64,000 nucleotides of DNA from Amphiscolops sp. MND2022. Taxonomy: Eukaryota. Every line of letters starts with the position of its first letter. The first letter of the stretch is position 1. The translations under genes and the position numbers were made by a program. The notes under the pieces were generated by a model. It searched no databases. It was not told the origin of the DNA and saw only the letters and a list, made by a program, of their open reading frames with translations. Where the stretch lies: assembly GCA_964187785.1 (NCBI GenBank), contig OZ076409.1:99264001-99328000 (forward strand). The letters run 5' to 3'. Below, in pieces: positions 14,001-25,400 of this stretch.

Positions 14001-14961
14001 GATAGTGATCTGGGTGGATGATATTCTTTACTGGTCAACTGACAGTCAATTTACCACGTGGTTCAATGACAAGAAGAGTGAGCAGTTCAACATTGGTGAA
14101 AGCGGTCCTCTGACGTGGGGATTGGGAATTTCTCTCTAGTGGGGTGACGGTTCGCTGACAATGAGTCATCAGGGTGTGTGAGCAAACTACTTCGCAAACA
14201 CGGCATGGGCGAGTGCAAGGCAGCTTCAACACCACTCGCAGACAAGCTGGAGCTGACGAAGGATCAGCTGCCACAGGACGGATCGAATGAGCAACAGCAA
14301 ATGTTGAGACATGACGACAGAGGCCTAGTGGGTAGCATTGCTTACCTCTCACTGTCCACTCGACCTGACCTGGCATTCCCGGCCGACCTATTTTCTCGAT
14401 TTCTTAGCAACCCTCGTTTTGCTCACTGGCAAGCAGCCAAGCACCCTGTTACGCTACCTCAGGGGCACAGCTCACGTGGGCATCACATTCATGAAGTGCG
14501 ATGATACAGGCCTAAATGGGTACACGGATTCAGACTACGCCAGCTGCAAGGACGATAGACGAAGCATCTCTGGTTTCTGCTTCAACGTGGGTAGTGGGGC
14601 AATATCGTGGGCTGCTAGACGACAAACGTGTGTAGCGACTTCAACCACTGATGTAGAACTTCATGCACTGAGCGAAGCCGAAGAGGAATCGGTGCATTTG
14701 CAGGGGATTCTGGACACTTTTGGAGAATCCATAGCAACGACTTTGTTCACGGACAGTCAATCGTGCTTAGCATTAGCAACCAGAGATGACAACAGCGCAA
14801 AGACGAAAGACTTTGCAACTCGAATGGCTTATGTGCAGGAGACGGTAAAGAATCAGTGGATTGATCTGAAGTTCATTGCCACGGGTGAAAACAGCGCTGA
14901 CATTTTCACGAAGGGACTGGGTAAGACGAAGACGCAAGAATACTTTGCTCAGGGGGCATAG
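11059..14961 (+). pseudogene. Copia gag-pol pseudogene (multiple stops and frameshifts)
   Basis: Two CCHC knuckles (CFKCGKMGHQAKDC, CFNCGQKGHLASSC); integrase core (LVSDEALEF, YTPEENGKIER); RT (IWVDDIL); RNase H (GYTDSDYASCKDDRRSISG, TDSQSC, NSADIFTKGL). Confidence 0.92.
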
Positions 14962-14969
14962 TAATACGT

Positions 14970-16490
14970 TCAAATGCATAAGTTCATTTTTAATTTCGAA
15001 TGGACTAAATTCGAAGTTTCCAAAAACCGGAACAAGTTCGAATCACTTTGTTCGAATTTTGAACTAAGTCTCAAACGTGCCTCTGATAGTTCCCCATTTC
15101 ATCTAGTGCCCCGCGGCCCCTTGGGGCCCCTTATGTTCCCATCTTGCTAAGCGAGGTCGAATAGGAGCAAAGACCTTGCGAGAACGGAGATCGCGAAGCG
15201 ATCGTAGTGGGTGCTGGTCTTTGCGACGGTGAGGGCGAGCGTGCATACACCGGATATGCCCCACATCTCTTTTTCAGATTCCTTTAGATCTTTAGATCCT
15301 AGGCGGTGGAGCTCTCAGGATCCTGTGTGAAGTATGTCCAGTTTACACGGGATATGCCCAATATGAAAAATCAAACTTGGTGTCACGAAACTATTCCAGT
15401 TGAACTTATTGAAGAGTGGCTGTAAATAGGTCGAATTTGTCTAGTCAACAGGACAGAGGTCGAATTTTTTTATCGAAATGCAGCAATCGAATGGAATGCA
15501 GTCAAATTTTATCGAAGCGTTCGGGTCGAAAACGTTTTGTTTGCCTCAAGTCGATTGACTATCCTAATGTGGGGCATATGTTGTGTATGCACGCTCGCCC
15601 TCAGCGTCGCAAAGACCAGTTTGCTCCTGTTCGACCTCGCTTAGGAAAATGGGAACATAAGCGACCCCAAGGGGCCGCGGGGCAGTAGAGGAAATGGGGA
15701 CATATCCGAGACACGTTTCATTCTTTTCTAGAAAATTCTATTTGCCGCAATTCGGTTTGTCTCCCAAAAATCAAATTTCGATCCGAGTTGTTTCGATCCC
15801 ATTCGAAAAATTGGCATGTCGACACGAGGGTATATGCCCTTTTTGCCGAATCCCATTTTGCCGAATCCCACTTTGCCGAAAGCATGGGACATTTTGCCGA
15901 ATTTTTTTCGGCAAAGTGGGCATCGAAATTCGGTAAAGTGGGCAAGGCGGTTGTCTACATCTGCAAAAACAGACTTTTTAAGCTATAAAGTGATTCAAAG
16001 TATAAAACGTGTCACGGATATGTCCCCTTTTCCTCCAGTGCCCAGCGGCCACTTGGTGCTGCTTATATTCTCATCTTGCTAAGCGAGGTCGAACAGGAGC
16101 AAAGACCTAGCGGGAACAGAGATCGCGAAGCGATCGTAGTGGGAGCTGGTCTTTGCGACGGTGAGGGCGAGCGTGCATACATCGGATATGCCCCACATTG
16201 TATTTTCGCTCTCAAAAAGTCTGTGTTTGCAGATGTAGACAACTGCCTTGACCACTTTGCTGAATTTCGATGCCCACTTTGCTGAATTTCGATGCCCACT
16301 TTGTCGAAAAAAAATCGGCAAAATGGACAAGGTAGGGACACTTTGCCGAGTTCGGCCAAATGGGTTTCGGCAAACTGTCCTATATTCGACATGATGACTA
16401 ACTGTGATTTTCGATCCCGTTGCTTCGACCTATTTCCGCCCACCCCTTAATGCACTAGTTCAAATTCGAACTTAGTGAATCGAACTTATT
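14970..16490. mobile_element. Cluster of nested long-TIR MITE/foldback elements in the copia 3' UTR
   Basis: Arm at about 15073-15270 is the inverted repeat of about 15565-15718 (CTAGTGCCCCGCGGCCCCTTGGGG...GCTAAGCGAGGTCGAA). A second inverted pair lies at about 15835-15975 / 16215-16375 (TTTTGCCGAA units) and encloses another copy of the first arm (16005-16200). Confidence 0.75.
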
Positions 16491-16580
16491 GCCTGAAGCC
16501 AATGCGGGGGTGTCAAGGTTTGCCATCCGCCTCGCAAGGCGGGAATGCTCGAATGGGAAACCACGACCCCTGAGGTTCAA

Positions 16581-17214
16581 GGGAGTGTACGCCTTTGATC
16601 TAATTGCTTGGGTCTAATGGAATTAGATCTAACTGTTAGGTCTAACTTTCAGATCTAATTTTGACTAAAATACTTAGGTCTAACCCCTTTATGATCTAAT
16701 ATTTGTTCTGAAAACGAAAATATAATGTGGGGCATATGCGATGTATGCACGCTCGCCCTCTCCGTCGCAAAGGGTGGCTGTAAATAGGTCGAATTTTTCT
16801 GGTCGAAAGGACAGAAGTCGAACCTTTTGACCGAATTGCAGGGATCGAATGGAGTGCGGTCGAATTCGATCGTGTTTGTTGTATGGCTCGGTCGCTTCGC
16901 TCCCTTCGCCAAGTAGCAAACTTGAGGCATGGCCATATGGCAAGTCGCTCCGCTTCGCTTCGCTCCTGCATTCAGGGCACTAGAGGTATGTGAACATATC
17001 TGACTACGTTATAAAAATTCCGATCTGAGTTGTTTCGATCCCATTCGAAAATTTGGTATGTCGACCTGAGGACTAACTCCTATTTTCGATCTTGTTCCTT
17101 CGACCTATTTCCGCCCACCCCGTCGCAAAGACCAGCTCCCACTACGATCGCTTCGCAATCTCCGTTCCCGCTAGGTCTTTGCTCCTGTTCGACCTCGCTT
17201 AGCAAGATGAGAAT
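16581..17214. mobile_element. MITE-derived insertion splitting the copia 3' LTR
   Basis: LTR homology stops at about 16580 and resumes at about 17215. The insert holds reverse copies of the long-TIR family seen at 15073-15718. Confidence 0.75.
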
Positions 17215-18063
17215 ATGACATCGCACACACAACTTTTGATGCCGCTCATTCATGTACCTGTTTGTGCGATACAACAGACAACTCTTGATACTGCACATTT
17301 TTCGTTGATTGACAGACACCTGTCGCGGTGCTATATATACCCGATGCTGAACCACTTCTACCATCAATTGCAATTGTAAATACATAAAACAAGTCTGATT
17401 TTAACGAATCAATCTAAATTCAGTTCCTCATTCCTACCCAACCTGTTTAAAAACCTGAAATAAAAAAGGTGTCTGGTCTAAAGTTATCATCCTGACACTA
17501 AGGGATTGTGTTCACTAAAGAGCACCTACTACATTTAAATTCGGCAAGGCTCCGGGCCTCCGTTCTTGATAAATTGGCGCATTTTATGAGAACCCAACCG
17601 TTGCAAAGCCTACAATTTGTCCAGTCTATCAACCCTGACGTCTTCAGAGAGTTGTAGGTTTCGTTGTTTTTCATAACAACTCAACCTCGAAACCTAACCA
17701 ATTGCAGGAATACCACATTTGGGTGCTGTGCCTGTTAGATTTGCATGGCCATAATTTACTTTGCAATCAAGACAAAAAGTTTCTTTTATTTTTGTGTGGT
17801 TTCTGACTCCTAACGCGATGATGAGCATGGTGCCACTTTAATGACTACGATCTATGTAATCCAGAATTTTGCTTTCAGATTAGTGTGCTTGGAACTCATG
17901 ATTTTCTTGATAATGTTTTCAGACATGAATAGGAAAACTAGTCTCTTTTAACTTTTAACGGGATCCCAGGATGAATTTTTAAAATCTCGGAAGACATTGT
18001 GACTTTTTTGGCGACTCTATCATATTTTTTTTCATTTGAAATTTTTGATTTTTTAGTTATGTA

Positions 18064-19161
18064 ATGATTTCGACCTTGAGCGCTTATTCTCTGACCTGGT
18101 CACATCACCGTAACAGTGTTTCAATAGTTTTCTCTCACTTCAAAAGAAATACATCAAGAATCTCAAATTTCAATTTCCGAAGAGACGGGAAGTCAGCTTA
18201 TGAGTCCGGTCATACCGATATATCTGCAGAAAATATCAAGTTTCTGCGAGAAAGGTATCTCACTGAACGCATTCGCAGTCCTCTGCAGGAGACGTTATCG
18301 GAACAGCTGTTGAAACCATTAGAGCATTCATGGAATGAAATGAGATGCGGTGCCGTTGGTGTTAAACTTGGCAGTTATCCTCTTTTCTACAAAGAAGATG
18401 GAAGGCGAACGTTAGCCACTTTGGTACAGTTGATAGACACCCAAGTTGTCGATGTTAGCACCTCTATTGAAGCGAAAAAACTCCCCCATGTCAGGCATAA
18501 ACCTGAAGGATACACTGATTATTGTAAAATAACTGTCGGCTGTAAAAATATTTCCCCCGAGTGGCTTTCTCAAAGTCAAATGAAACTCTATAATAAACAT
18601 GGTATTCCTTGTAAAGAACGCTTGCAGACCTTCGTATGTACTAAAGATGCGGTTTTACCCCCTGGTACCTTGATCCAAGCTGCCCATTTTGTACCCGGTC
18701 AGTTGCTGAATGCATGGGGGCGATCAATAGACCGAGGTTTTCAAGGCCCAATGAAGCGTTGGAATTTCCGCGGAATGCCGGCCACTCATGGAACAGTGAA
18801 ATCTCGCCGAGCTCATGGGTCTTTGGCTTCAACAGGTCAAAGAAGAGTTCTTCCAGGTCGAAGAATGGCTGGTCAAATGGGTGATAAAATGGTTTTCATG
18901 CCCAATGTGAAGCTCTTGAGAATCAACACGAAGTATAATGTTCTTTATATAGAAGGGTTTTTGCCCGGTTTAGATGGCAGTTTCATATCAGTGCGGGATG
19001 CAAGATTTTCGAAAGCTTTTGCTAAAACTGGCGTGCAGTCATTACCGTTTCCCACTTACTCTACGTCTTTCCATGAATCACTGGGCGAAGATTTGTTTTC
19101 TCCTGAAATTCATCAATTTGATGAAGAATCCATTAAATATGAACAATCTGAAATTGATTAG
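18064..19161 (+). CDS. MRPL3: Mitochondrial large ribosomal subunit protein uL3m, intronless, 365 aa
   Basis: uL3 motifs RCGAVGVKLG, AAHFVPGQ, GRSIDRGFQGPMKRWNFRGMPATHG, RVLPGRRMAGQMG and RINTKYNVLYIEG; basic/Ser-rich N-terminal presequence-like extension; C-terminal PFPT motif typical of animal mitochondrial L3. Confidence 0.95.
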   Translation: MISTLSAYSLTWSHHRNSVSIVFSHFKRNTSRISNFNFRRDGKSAYESGHTDISAENIKFLRERYLTERIRSPLQETLSEQLLKPLEHSWNEMRCGAVGVKLGSYPLFYKEDGRRTLATLVQLIDTQVVDVSTSIEAKKLPHVRHKPEGYTDYCKITVGCKNISPEWLSQSQMKLYNKHGIPCKERLQTFVCTKDAVLPPGTLIQAAHFVPGQLLNAWGRSIDRGFQGPMKRWNFRGMPATHGTVKSRRAHGSLASTGQRRVLPGRRMAGQMGDKMVFMPNVKLLRINTKYNVLYIEGFLPGLDGSFISVRDARFSKAFAKTGVQSLPFPTYSTSFHESLGEDLFSPEIHQFDEESIKYEQSEID

Positions 19162-19422
19162 ACTTTGTGAGAAAAAAATGTTTCAACTTTTCGTCTTTTG
19201 ATAAGTCAGTGAATAACCGTGTTCTAAAATTCACGTTCAAAAATATTTTGAAATTTTTTACTGCTTCAGATGACTGATGATAGGTAATGCCCTTGTTGAG
19301 GGGGGAGGAAAATGCCCGAGTGTGTGCAATTTTGACTCTGTTCTGATGATACCTGACGATGGATGTATCTTGGAACTCGCTGCCAAGTGGGACTAGTGGG
19401 TTCTTCCTCTTTTTGATCCACT

Positions 19423-22400
19423 ATGAGCATTGCTTCGATGGCGGCGCATTCTGCAAACATGGCTGCGGCTGCCCTAGACAACAATAATGGGATCGTGGGT
19501 GGCGGCGATCAGAGTCAGAATTCGTTCGAGCAGCTTTGCCAAGTGGCTTTGCACGAGAAACAGGCGTGTGTGAACGCAGCTGAAAGTCTCGCCGGCGACA
19601 ACAACATTGTCATGGTACTGGCCCCGCCGCCTCCGCCCAAAGTCATCAACAACGACGTGGACCATCGCGGACATGTCACTCAGAACTACCTGGACAAAAT
19701 TCGCAGCCATTGCAACAACGTCACCCTGTATGTCAAATCAGAAAATGGGTCGCCCTCTAACAACTATCAAGAGGTAGAGACGACACTTCGCCACCTTGCT
19801 TTGCTTTGCTGCTGTCTATGCTTTTTTTAATCTTTTTCCTTCTACTTTCTATTTTTTACGTTCTTCAATCCGAATTTGCCGTTTTTTCGAATAGAAGTCG
19901 CCCCCGATTAGAAACCGAATTAACCTCGACAGTACACCGAGAAGTTGAAAAATTGAGATAAAATTAGCAACATTTTTTCAAAGCTTAATTTCTCCACGAA
20001 TAATAGCCGCATCTCAAATCGGTCTTCTGCTCCTGGAAGCCTTTTACCGAAGCTTCCAAATGCACACTAGTTAGGTTGGGAGTTGGCGCCATTTTGCTTC
20101 GCCGGGCCTTTCAAATGCCGGTCGAACTCTTAGCTGATATTCAAAAAAATTCAAAATTTTTACTGATTCTTTCGACTAGAAATGGTTATGTGGCATAATA
20201 GCAGTGATGATCCTATAATCAATGATTATAGTATTTATTATAGTATTTGCTATAATCAATCAATAATAGTATTCTATAATAGTGTTATTAAAACAAAACT
20301 GGGAGAATCGAATATTTTATTCGAAATAAATTATGTGGCATTGCACTGCACAATTAAACGGGTTTTAACATTTTCTGTCAAGATTCGGTTCCGTCGTCCA
20401 GCCGACAAGTAACCTGCTTTAGAAAAAACTCTTTCTGCAACAGCTGGCGAAGGCAATACACCAAGAACATATTGGGCCAGCTTAGAAAGAAATGGCCATT
20501 CTTGTCTTGCATTTTTGAAAAAAAACTCAAATGCGGTGTCATCACTGTTTACGGTGTCTTGAAATTTTCTGTATTCTTCGCCGAACTTTTTTAGAGTCAA
20601 ACTAGTTTCTGCTTCCGTTTGAATTTCGAATGCTTTGTCTAAATCGCTTATTTCTGGAACTTGTTCGGGATCGGATTCCTCTGCCTGATGTATTACCATT
20701 TGATGGCTGTCAGCTAATGTTTTAAGATACAAATAACCCTTTTCGTTTTCGTTGTCGGTGAGCTTAGAACGAGCAAGCTTTGATGGATTTTCTACAAGAC
20801 TCATCCCGAAAAATATTGATAGGGAGGCTCGTTTTGGCAAATTGAAAGGCAGCGTTAAGTCTCTGGTGTTCTCTGCGATCAGTAACGTTGCCATTGAACG
20901 AAATTACACTCTGTGTAGAATCATCTTTCCAAAAGGAGGAGTGCTTGGAATCAATATGACGTGTGGCGCCGGTAACAAAGTTAATATCTTTAAGTCCCTC
21001 TAGATCTTTGGAACATAATTTGCATCGGTAGAAGTTTTCTCGGTCCACTTTTGTAAAAGCCTGGTCAAGCTTGAGGCGTTTTGCGGATTTACTGGGAGCC
21101 ATGTATCTGAAAAGAAACTGTTTTATTTATTCGTACTGTTCATACACACACAAATACGTGAAATTAATTGTGGTTATCACCAAAATAACGGCTGGTTATT
21201 TGCTTGTTTTTGACGATTTGTGAACTAAGACAATGTTTACACAAACCAACGCACACTGGTTGCAAAGCATTTTGCTTCAGACAATGACATCATCTTTCTC
21301 AATATTTAGTCTCGGTCTCTCAATGGTAACAGACGCTATAATTCTGATTATAGCATTCTATAATAGAATTCGCTATTAATAGCGCAACGATTGATTATAG
21401 CTTTAATTATAGTTTTACTATTATAGTCTATAATAGAATACTATAATATGATCATCACTGCATAACAGTGAAAGCGAACTATGTATTCGAGCGAAAACTT
21501 TCTCAAATATGAAGTTTTTGCTTCAACTTATAAATTGAATGCGAATCATTCATCATCTGCGAATCAATCATCAGTTGGTCTAGGAATTTTGCCCCATGAG
21601 TTTTTGTAGACTAATTGTAAAGTCATGAATTTGCCATCTGAATCTATCAAATTGTTTTTCTTAGATCTTCGTTGGTTGAAGCGGAGGAGAATAATTTTCT
21701 AGAAGTTTCAAACACCTGGAGTTTCTTGTGGAGCACTTTTGAACCAACTTCGGTTGTCTTGTTTCAGGGAACAATAAGGGAAATCAGGTCTCGCTCACGT
21801 AAGGACAGCAGAGATTCCTTCTGTGAGGCATTTCAATCTTCGGCGTAAGTACTTCAATTTGTGACCCTAGTTTTTAGTCGGCGCTTTTCTAGGGAAAAGT
21901 GCCCGACACTTACAGTGGCTAGTTTTTTTTCGTCAGACTACTATCTCACTCTGATTGGGCCACTTTTCTTACAATCGAAACTACTAAAACTACTACCATA
22001 AGGCCAAGTCCGGTCAGCGGAAAATAGTGTAAAAGGGTCCCCCTTCCATTTTTTTTACTATTTTAACGTAACCTGCAAATCGGACGAGACTAAAGGGTCC
22101 CCCCTTTCGATTTTTCGGCATTGGGCGACTTTTTTCGAAAATTTTTTAATGTCTCAAAAAAGTCCCCCTTTCGAGTTTTTTGATATTTTGCAACAGAATA
22201 TATGTTAATAAAGCCCAAAAGGTCCCCCTTTTACATTTTTCGGCACTATGCGACATTTTCTGAAAGAAAAAAATTTCAAGTTTTTTTTTTTCAAAAGTCT
22301 TTTGAGCTTTTTGAGCCTTAGATATAGCGCCGATTTTAGACGTTCCCGTCTTGTTCATTTGAAGCATCAGGGTGCAATATAACACTAAATGGACGATAGG

Positions 22401-25400
22401 GTCGAATTCGTACCAGTAAGTTTCTGTAAACTTCTGAAGGCACCAGCTGACCGTATGGTGGAGAAAACTCTTGAATTTGATTTCCAGACGACAGGTTTTC
22501 GTTTGTGGCTATTTTTTAAGAATCAGATTTTTGCATGGATCCGGAAATTTCCTCGTCCATTTAGAGTTGAAATGATTTGAGAAGAGAACCTTGTAAAAAC
22601 AATCTGGTCTAGTATACGACTACTGACGTCCGTGATTTCAATTTGAACCGTTTTTTGGGAACTCACAGTCAAAAAGTATTCACTTCCAACTGCCATTCGT
22701 TTAAAAAGATGTGTTTTCTTTTCCGCTCATTTAGTCCAACTTTTTTTTAAACTCTATCCCAATTTTGAAGATGGATTCTAAATTCTGAAATTTCGTGAAA
22801 GCTAATGCTTTTGAGACGACCAGCGTTTGCTATTCTGTTTCAAAGTAATTTTAAACAAAACTCGTTTTTTGAAATTCTCTCGAAGAAAGGTCGAAAAACA
22901 AGCTTGAAAGATTGAATTTATTCAATATCATTCAAATATCGCATCACAAAAGTAAGTTTTCTCAACTTTCTGAACGCCTAGCCTGCTGCGAAGATCAGAA
23001 TGGATGGACTAGGCATACCATTTCGAGTGCCAATTTCAGTAATTCTTCAGGATAAGCTTTCATTTTCACTTGACATTTTATAGAATTACTCATTTTGACG
23101 CCCACTTGTCTTTCTACATCGATTACATGTACATGAAATGAAAAAACCTTTGATCGGACTGTATTTTATTCAAAATAAAACAGTGTTTTGAAACTGTTTT
23201 GAAACACCTATGTTTTATATCAACCAACCCTAAGGGTCGGATTTGGAAAATGATTAAAATAAACTTAGTTTTCAAAACCTTTTTTTCAAAAATGCCCATC
23301 TTAAGGTTTTACTTTTCTATTTGATTCTACGGTATTTTTTCGGCCACGTTTGACTCTGAATGTTTCAAAAGGTTTGTGAGAAGTCAAGCGTTGGCGTGAT
23401 TTCTACCGTGGTTGTCGTGCTCTGAATGAAGGCAATTGTTTCCATTCAGAGAATACAGTAGTAGTAGCCTTTACTCTCTTTCTCTCTCTGAGTCAAATGA
23501 TGATGACGCTGTTTGTTTGCAGCTCTGCCATGTCTCTCAACTCGGAGCAGAGATCGCCCACTTTCCCTCAACAGGTCAGTTGTCAACAGGGTTACACCGC
23601 CGCCCCCTGCTTTGCTTGTTTTTAGTCGACGCTTTTATTAATAAAAGAGCCCGACTACTACAGTTTTTTTCGAGTATTACTCGTTTTTTTTCTTTTTTTA
23701 AAGACAGACTCGAAGCAACGAACGTTAACGTTCAGTATGTTCAACTAAAGGAAACTAAACGAATACCCGGGAAACGCATCTTAAGTTTTTGTCCCCCTTT
23801 GGTTTTTTACCTTTTAAACGTAACCTTTCGATTTTTTTCGGCACTGTGCGACTTTTTTTCGAAAATTTTTCTTCCAAACATTCATTTTACGCCACAAAAT
23901 GGCCGTTTCTTACGCATAAAAAAACGACGGCTCTTTTCTCTGACACCCCCCCACCTCCAAATTTTTTTGGAGAATTAGTGAAAACCTCATAACAAATAGA
24001 CTTGAATACAAACCAGAAAGCTTCAATTTTAAATTTATTTTCAGGGTGACAGTTTAGAATTGAGATACCAGCTTTGTTCACACTTTTTCAATATGAGTCA
24101 CGCATTCTTCATGAAGAAATCAACAGCTTCCTGTTTCGAGTCTTTAATAAACATTTGATACGAACATAATTATAGTCAAAATGTGTGAACAATGTTTTGT
24201 TCACGCGGAAAACTACTCTTATAGGAGGTAACTTCCTGTTATGAAAGAAGGTTTCACTTTTAATTGGGCTAGTCTAAAGTTTTTAACGAAAGTCATTTTC
24301 AAAAAATTTGGTGGTGGGGGGGGGGGCAGAAAAAAGCCAAAACGACCGAATCGATAAACGTAACAAAACCGCCCATTATGTAAGTGACAAAGCAGCCGAT
24401 TTTGAAGCGTAACAAAGTGGCCAATTTAGCAAGCGTCATTTCATCCTGTTAATTATCTCAATTATTTTTATTAGCTGGATGGCAATTGAGAAAACATTCA
24501 ATTTGTTTTTGTTCTAGTTTAAAATCGGCCATTTTGTTACGTTTTCAACATCGGCGATTTTATGTTGAAATCGGCCATTTTATGGTGCATACTCCTTTTA
24601 TGATGCAAACGCCAATTAAGTTAAAAATTTTTCTTCGCGGTTTGTGAAAATCCGAAGAGCTATGTCAATGAACTAACAATGACAGTTATCGATCCATGTA
24701 GCTATTCTTTTTTAGTCGGCGCTTTTCTTAAGAAGAGTCGACTATAGTCATGGCTTTTCGTCAGTGTTTTTTTCGATACACCTGAAGTGACCAAAATAGT
24801 TCTACCAAAAGTTCTACAAAATTGTGGCAAAGTCCTTTTTGGTCATCTAAATACTACCTTTGAACAGTAAAGGATTCCATTTCGACAATAACACAGCCCA
24901 TACCGGATTTAACGCCAACCGGAAAGCACGATTTCAGGATATAACGTATACCAGATGTAACGTTTCTTGGAGAATTTTTCAATGTTACAAAAGGGTACAC
25001 AATTCTTCCTACGATACTGAATAATTCAGATATTTGTTCGGCAGTGACTGTAAGCGTGAGGATTAAATTTCTCAAGCTGCCGACGACATTTCAATACTCG
25101 TGCGATTGAATGAGTGAGTGGTAATTATGCATTCGTACGCTGACGTCATTGAGATGAAGCGAATGAGTGTTAAATATTCGTTCTCGGAGAGCTTCGCCTG
25201 CATTCAAATGCGAATGCGAAACTTCATCTACGCCTAGTAGTTATATTTTCTTTAGTCCGAGAAATATTAAAGGCGGTGTAAACTGGTACAGTGCTTAATT
25301 GTGCGCTAAATAATGATTAAACACTGTATTGGTATTCCAGATAAGATTCTATTAAAAACTGAATTATACCTTTGTTATTGAAAACAAAATCATCTTGGTT

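Larger units (their letters stand above)
10662..17452 (+). mobile_element. Full-length decayed Ty1/copia LTR retrotransposon with nested insertions
   Basis: 5' LTR 10662-10985. Copia-type PBS GGTTTTGGGCCCAG at 10986. PPT-like GCGGGGG at 16504-16510. 3' LTR split into 16511-16580 and about 17215-17452. Near-perfect 5-bp TSD GCCTG (10657-10661) / ACCTG (17453-17457). Domain order gag-PR-IN-RT-RH. Confidence 0.93.

Noticed and set aside
18056..18065. Perfect NFIL3/PAR consensus RTTAYGTAAY upstream of the bZIP gene (also at 46123-46132), and TGACGTCA sites near 46106, 47446 and 47476
   Set aside because: My rough estimate is one to a few chance matches in 64 kb of AT-rich DNA; no independent support for autoregulation.
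18064..19161. Bacterial rplC from contamination or horizontal transfer
   Set aside because: N- and C-terminal extensions and motifs fit animal mitochondrial uL3m; no S10-operon neighbours.
19270..19283. Coding micro-exon ATGACTGATGATAG|GTAATG for the bZIP gene
   Set aside because: The nearest candidate acceptor I tested does not put it in frame with 19423; more likely a short upstream ORF.
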